From Candidatus Moranella endobia PCIT (lineage in GTDB: Bacteria; Pseudomonadota; Gammaproteobacteria; Enterobacterales; Enterobacteriaceae), in contig NC_015735.1 in NCBI RefSeq assembly GCF_000219175.1, positions 210,001 to 242,000 on the forward strand: a stretch of 32,000 nucleotides of DNA, in the 5' to 3' direction. The translations under genes were made by a program, and so were the position numbers. Shown in pieces: positions 30,098 to 32,000 of this stretch; positions within the stretch are counted from its first letter, which is position 1; each line of letters starts with the position of its first letter. The notes under the pieces were generated by a model. It was not told where the DNA came from, searched no databases, and was given only the letters and a program-made list of their open reading frames with translations.

Positions 30098-32000
30098 ATG
30101 TACCAAATACAGAAAAAAAATACGTTAATTTTGGTTGATGGTTCTTTTTACCTTTACCGTGCCTATCATGCCTTACCGTCGTTGAATAATATCGCGGGGG
30201 AACCAACAGGGGCAATGTACGGCGTATTGAATATGCTTAAAAGCTTGCTTATACAATACCAACCAAGTCATGTAGCGGTAGTATTTGATACCAAGGATAA
30301 AACCTTTCGTGATCAATTATTCGAGCATTACAAATTACACCGACCAATAATGCCGGAAAATCTGCGCAAGCAGATCACACCACTGTATGATATGGTTAAA
30401 GCAATGGGATTGCCTATACTGTCTATCAGTGGCATTGAGGCTGATGATGTTATAGGTACATTGGCTATAACAGCGGCGCGCGACGGTTGTGATGTCCGGA
30501 TAATCACTGGTGATAAAGATATAGCACAGCTGGTATCGTCTAAAATTACCATGACTAATACCTTGGCAAATACCATTATAGGTCCAGAAGAAGTAAAAAC
30601 TAAATTTGGTGTACCGCCAGCACTTATCATCGATTATCTGGCGCTAATGGGTGACAGAGCTGATAATATTCCTGGTGTGATGGGAATAGGTAAGAAAACA
30701 GCGCAGATACTTTTACATGAAATAGGTGGGCTGGAAACCATATATCAACAGCTTGATAGCATTAGTATCTTGTGCTGTCGCGGCGCCAAAAACATTGCCA
30801 CCAAACTCGAGCAACAACGTGATTTAGCGTTCCTTTCCTACCAGTTAGCCACTATTAAAACCGATGTGGTACTGGATTTATCCTATTATCAACTAACGGT
30901 AGAAGAACCACAATACAAACTGTTAAGACTATTATTCCAACGTTATGAATTTAAACGCTGGCTTAGCGACTTGAACACTGGTAAATGGCTACAAAAAACT
31001 GATAAAAATGCCGTTACTACGCCGTCACCCTGGGCTGCTACTCGACCAGTAGCTGCTGAAGATCCAAGTGAAGTAATATCAACAGTAAGTTATTCTCAAA
31101 TAACCGATATGGCGACGCTTGACAGTTGGATTAACATGATTCACAACAATGGTGTATTCGCTTTCAATACTGCAACTGACGGACTGGATACTATGACAGC
31201 CAACCTGGTGGGACTATTTTTTGCGGTGAAACCAGGTAAGGTAACCTATCTGCTGTTGGGGCAAGATTATCTGAATGAGCCGCACAAGCTTGACCAAACA
31301 GCGGTCTTAACAGCGCTGAAACCGATACTAGAAGACCCAACTATCAGCAAAATAGGCTTTAATCTCAAGTTTGATCAAGGAATTTTAAATCAATATCACA
31401 TTCATTTGGCTGGTATTACATTCGATACCATGCTTGAATCTTACGTTCTGAACAGCGTCGCTGGTAAACACGATATTGCCAGCATTGCGAAACGTTTTTT
31501 ACAGTACACTACCGTGAACTTCGACAAGATAGCTGTTGACCAATACAAGCTGATGTTTAATCACAGTGCGTTAGAACAGACCATAACTTACGCCGCCCAC
31601 GCGGACATAATACTACGTTTGCATCAAACGTTATGGCCGCGCCTTGAGCAGGCAGCGGAACTAAAAAAGGTTTTTGAGCAAATTGACATTCCCCTAGTAC
31701 CAGTACTATCGCGCATCGAGCGCAACGGTGTGCTAATTGATGAACAACTTCTTGCCAAATATTCGGTGGAGCTGACCAACCGCCTGGAAGAGCTGGAACT
31801 TGAAGCACATAAGCTAGTAAAAAAACCGTTCAATCTTACATCCACAAAACAGCTGCAGGCAATTTTATGCGATAAAAAGCAGAAATTGCAAACAATGAAA
31901 CAATACCTGGCAGATACTTCTTTCAATAACAACAAAGAAGAACAAGGAAAAAAAGAAGCGCAAGCCAATATGATACTAGTGATGCTAGCTTATGCGTTGC
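30098..32000 (+). CDS. polA: DNA polymerase I, 5' part only (window edge); 5'-nuclease and 3'-5' exonuclease-like regions plus the start of the polymerase domain
   Basis: Forward translation from ATG 30098: MYQIQKKNTLILVDGSFYLYRAYHALPSL...GEPTGAMYGVLNML...VVFDTKDKTFRDQLFEHYK...EADDVIGTLA...TGDKDIAQLV...LMGDRADNIPGV, open to the window end. It is missing from the ORF track because it has no stop in the window. Confidence 0.97.
   Translation, partial: MYQIQKKNTLILVDGSFYLYRAYHALPSLNNIAGEPTGAMYGVLNMLKSLLIQYQPSHVAVVFDTKDKTFRDQLFEHYKLHRPIMPENLRKQITPLYDMVKAMGLPILSISGIEADDVIGTLAITAARDGCDVRIITGDKDIAQLVSSKITMTNTLANTIIGPEEVKTKFGVPPALIIDYLALMGDRADNIPGVMGIGKKTAQILLHEIGGLETIYQQLDSISILCCRGAKNIATKLEQQRDLAFLSYQLATIKTDVVLDLSYYQLTVEEPQYKLLRLLFQRYEFKRWLSDLNTGKWLQKTDKNAVTTPSPWAATRPVAAEDPSEVISTVSYSQITDMATLDSWINMIHNNGVFAFNTATDGLDTMTANLVGLFFAVKPGKVTYLLLGQDYLNEPHKLDQTAVLTALKPILEDPTISKIGFNLKFDQGILNQYHIHLAGITFDTMLESYVLNSVAGKHDIASIAKRFLQYTTVNFDKIAVDQYKLMFNHSALEQTITYAAHADIILRLHQTLWPRLEQAAELKKVFEQIDIPLVPVLSRIERNGVLIDEQLLAKYSVELTNRLEELELEAHKLVKKPFNLTSTKQLQAILCDKKQKLQTMKQYLADTSFNNNKEEQGKKEAQANMILVMLAYAL

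Noticed and set aside
31557-31968. Minus-strand ORFs near the right edge (31557-31808, 31624-31968) and 30328-30630
   Set aside because: All lie opposite polA, which is not in the ORF track because it runs off the window but is clearly the real gene.

Overview
This window looks like ordinary chromosome from a gammaproteobacterium undergoing genome reduction. The host is probably an Enterobacterales insect endosymbiont; that is an inference from gene content, A/T-rich eroded spacers and gene relics. Predicted content in order: asd (3' end cut by the window), degQ, ibaG, tRNA-Gly(GCC), hisS, bamB, der, rpoZ, relics of spoT and trmH, recG, tRNA-Pro(GGG), lptB-lptA-lptC-kdsC, a pdhR relic, aceE-aceF-lpd, tusA-cysG-cysH-cysI-cysJ, eno and polA (cut by the window). 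I found no phage, transposon, CRISPR, toxin-antitoxin, defence or secondary-metabolite locus, and no credible new multi-gene system. The most interesting signals are decay or rewiring of conserved machinery. The polA 3'-5' exonuclease site has lost three of its four metal-binding carboxylates (DTE->NTA and YAAED->YAAH). The BamB lipobox cysteine is Tyr. Der has NKTE instead of NKTD in its first GTPase domain. AceF has a single lipoyl domain that looks like a collapse of a three-domain array. KdsC has lost the Gly-Arg next to motif II. A chimeric ORF joins the tails of spoT and trmH, and a pdhR relic lies upstream of aceE. There is also a perfect 34-bp palindrome upstream of asd. All homology statements come from remembered protein family sequences, not database searches.
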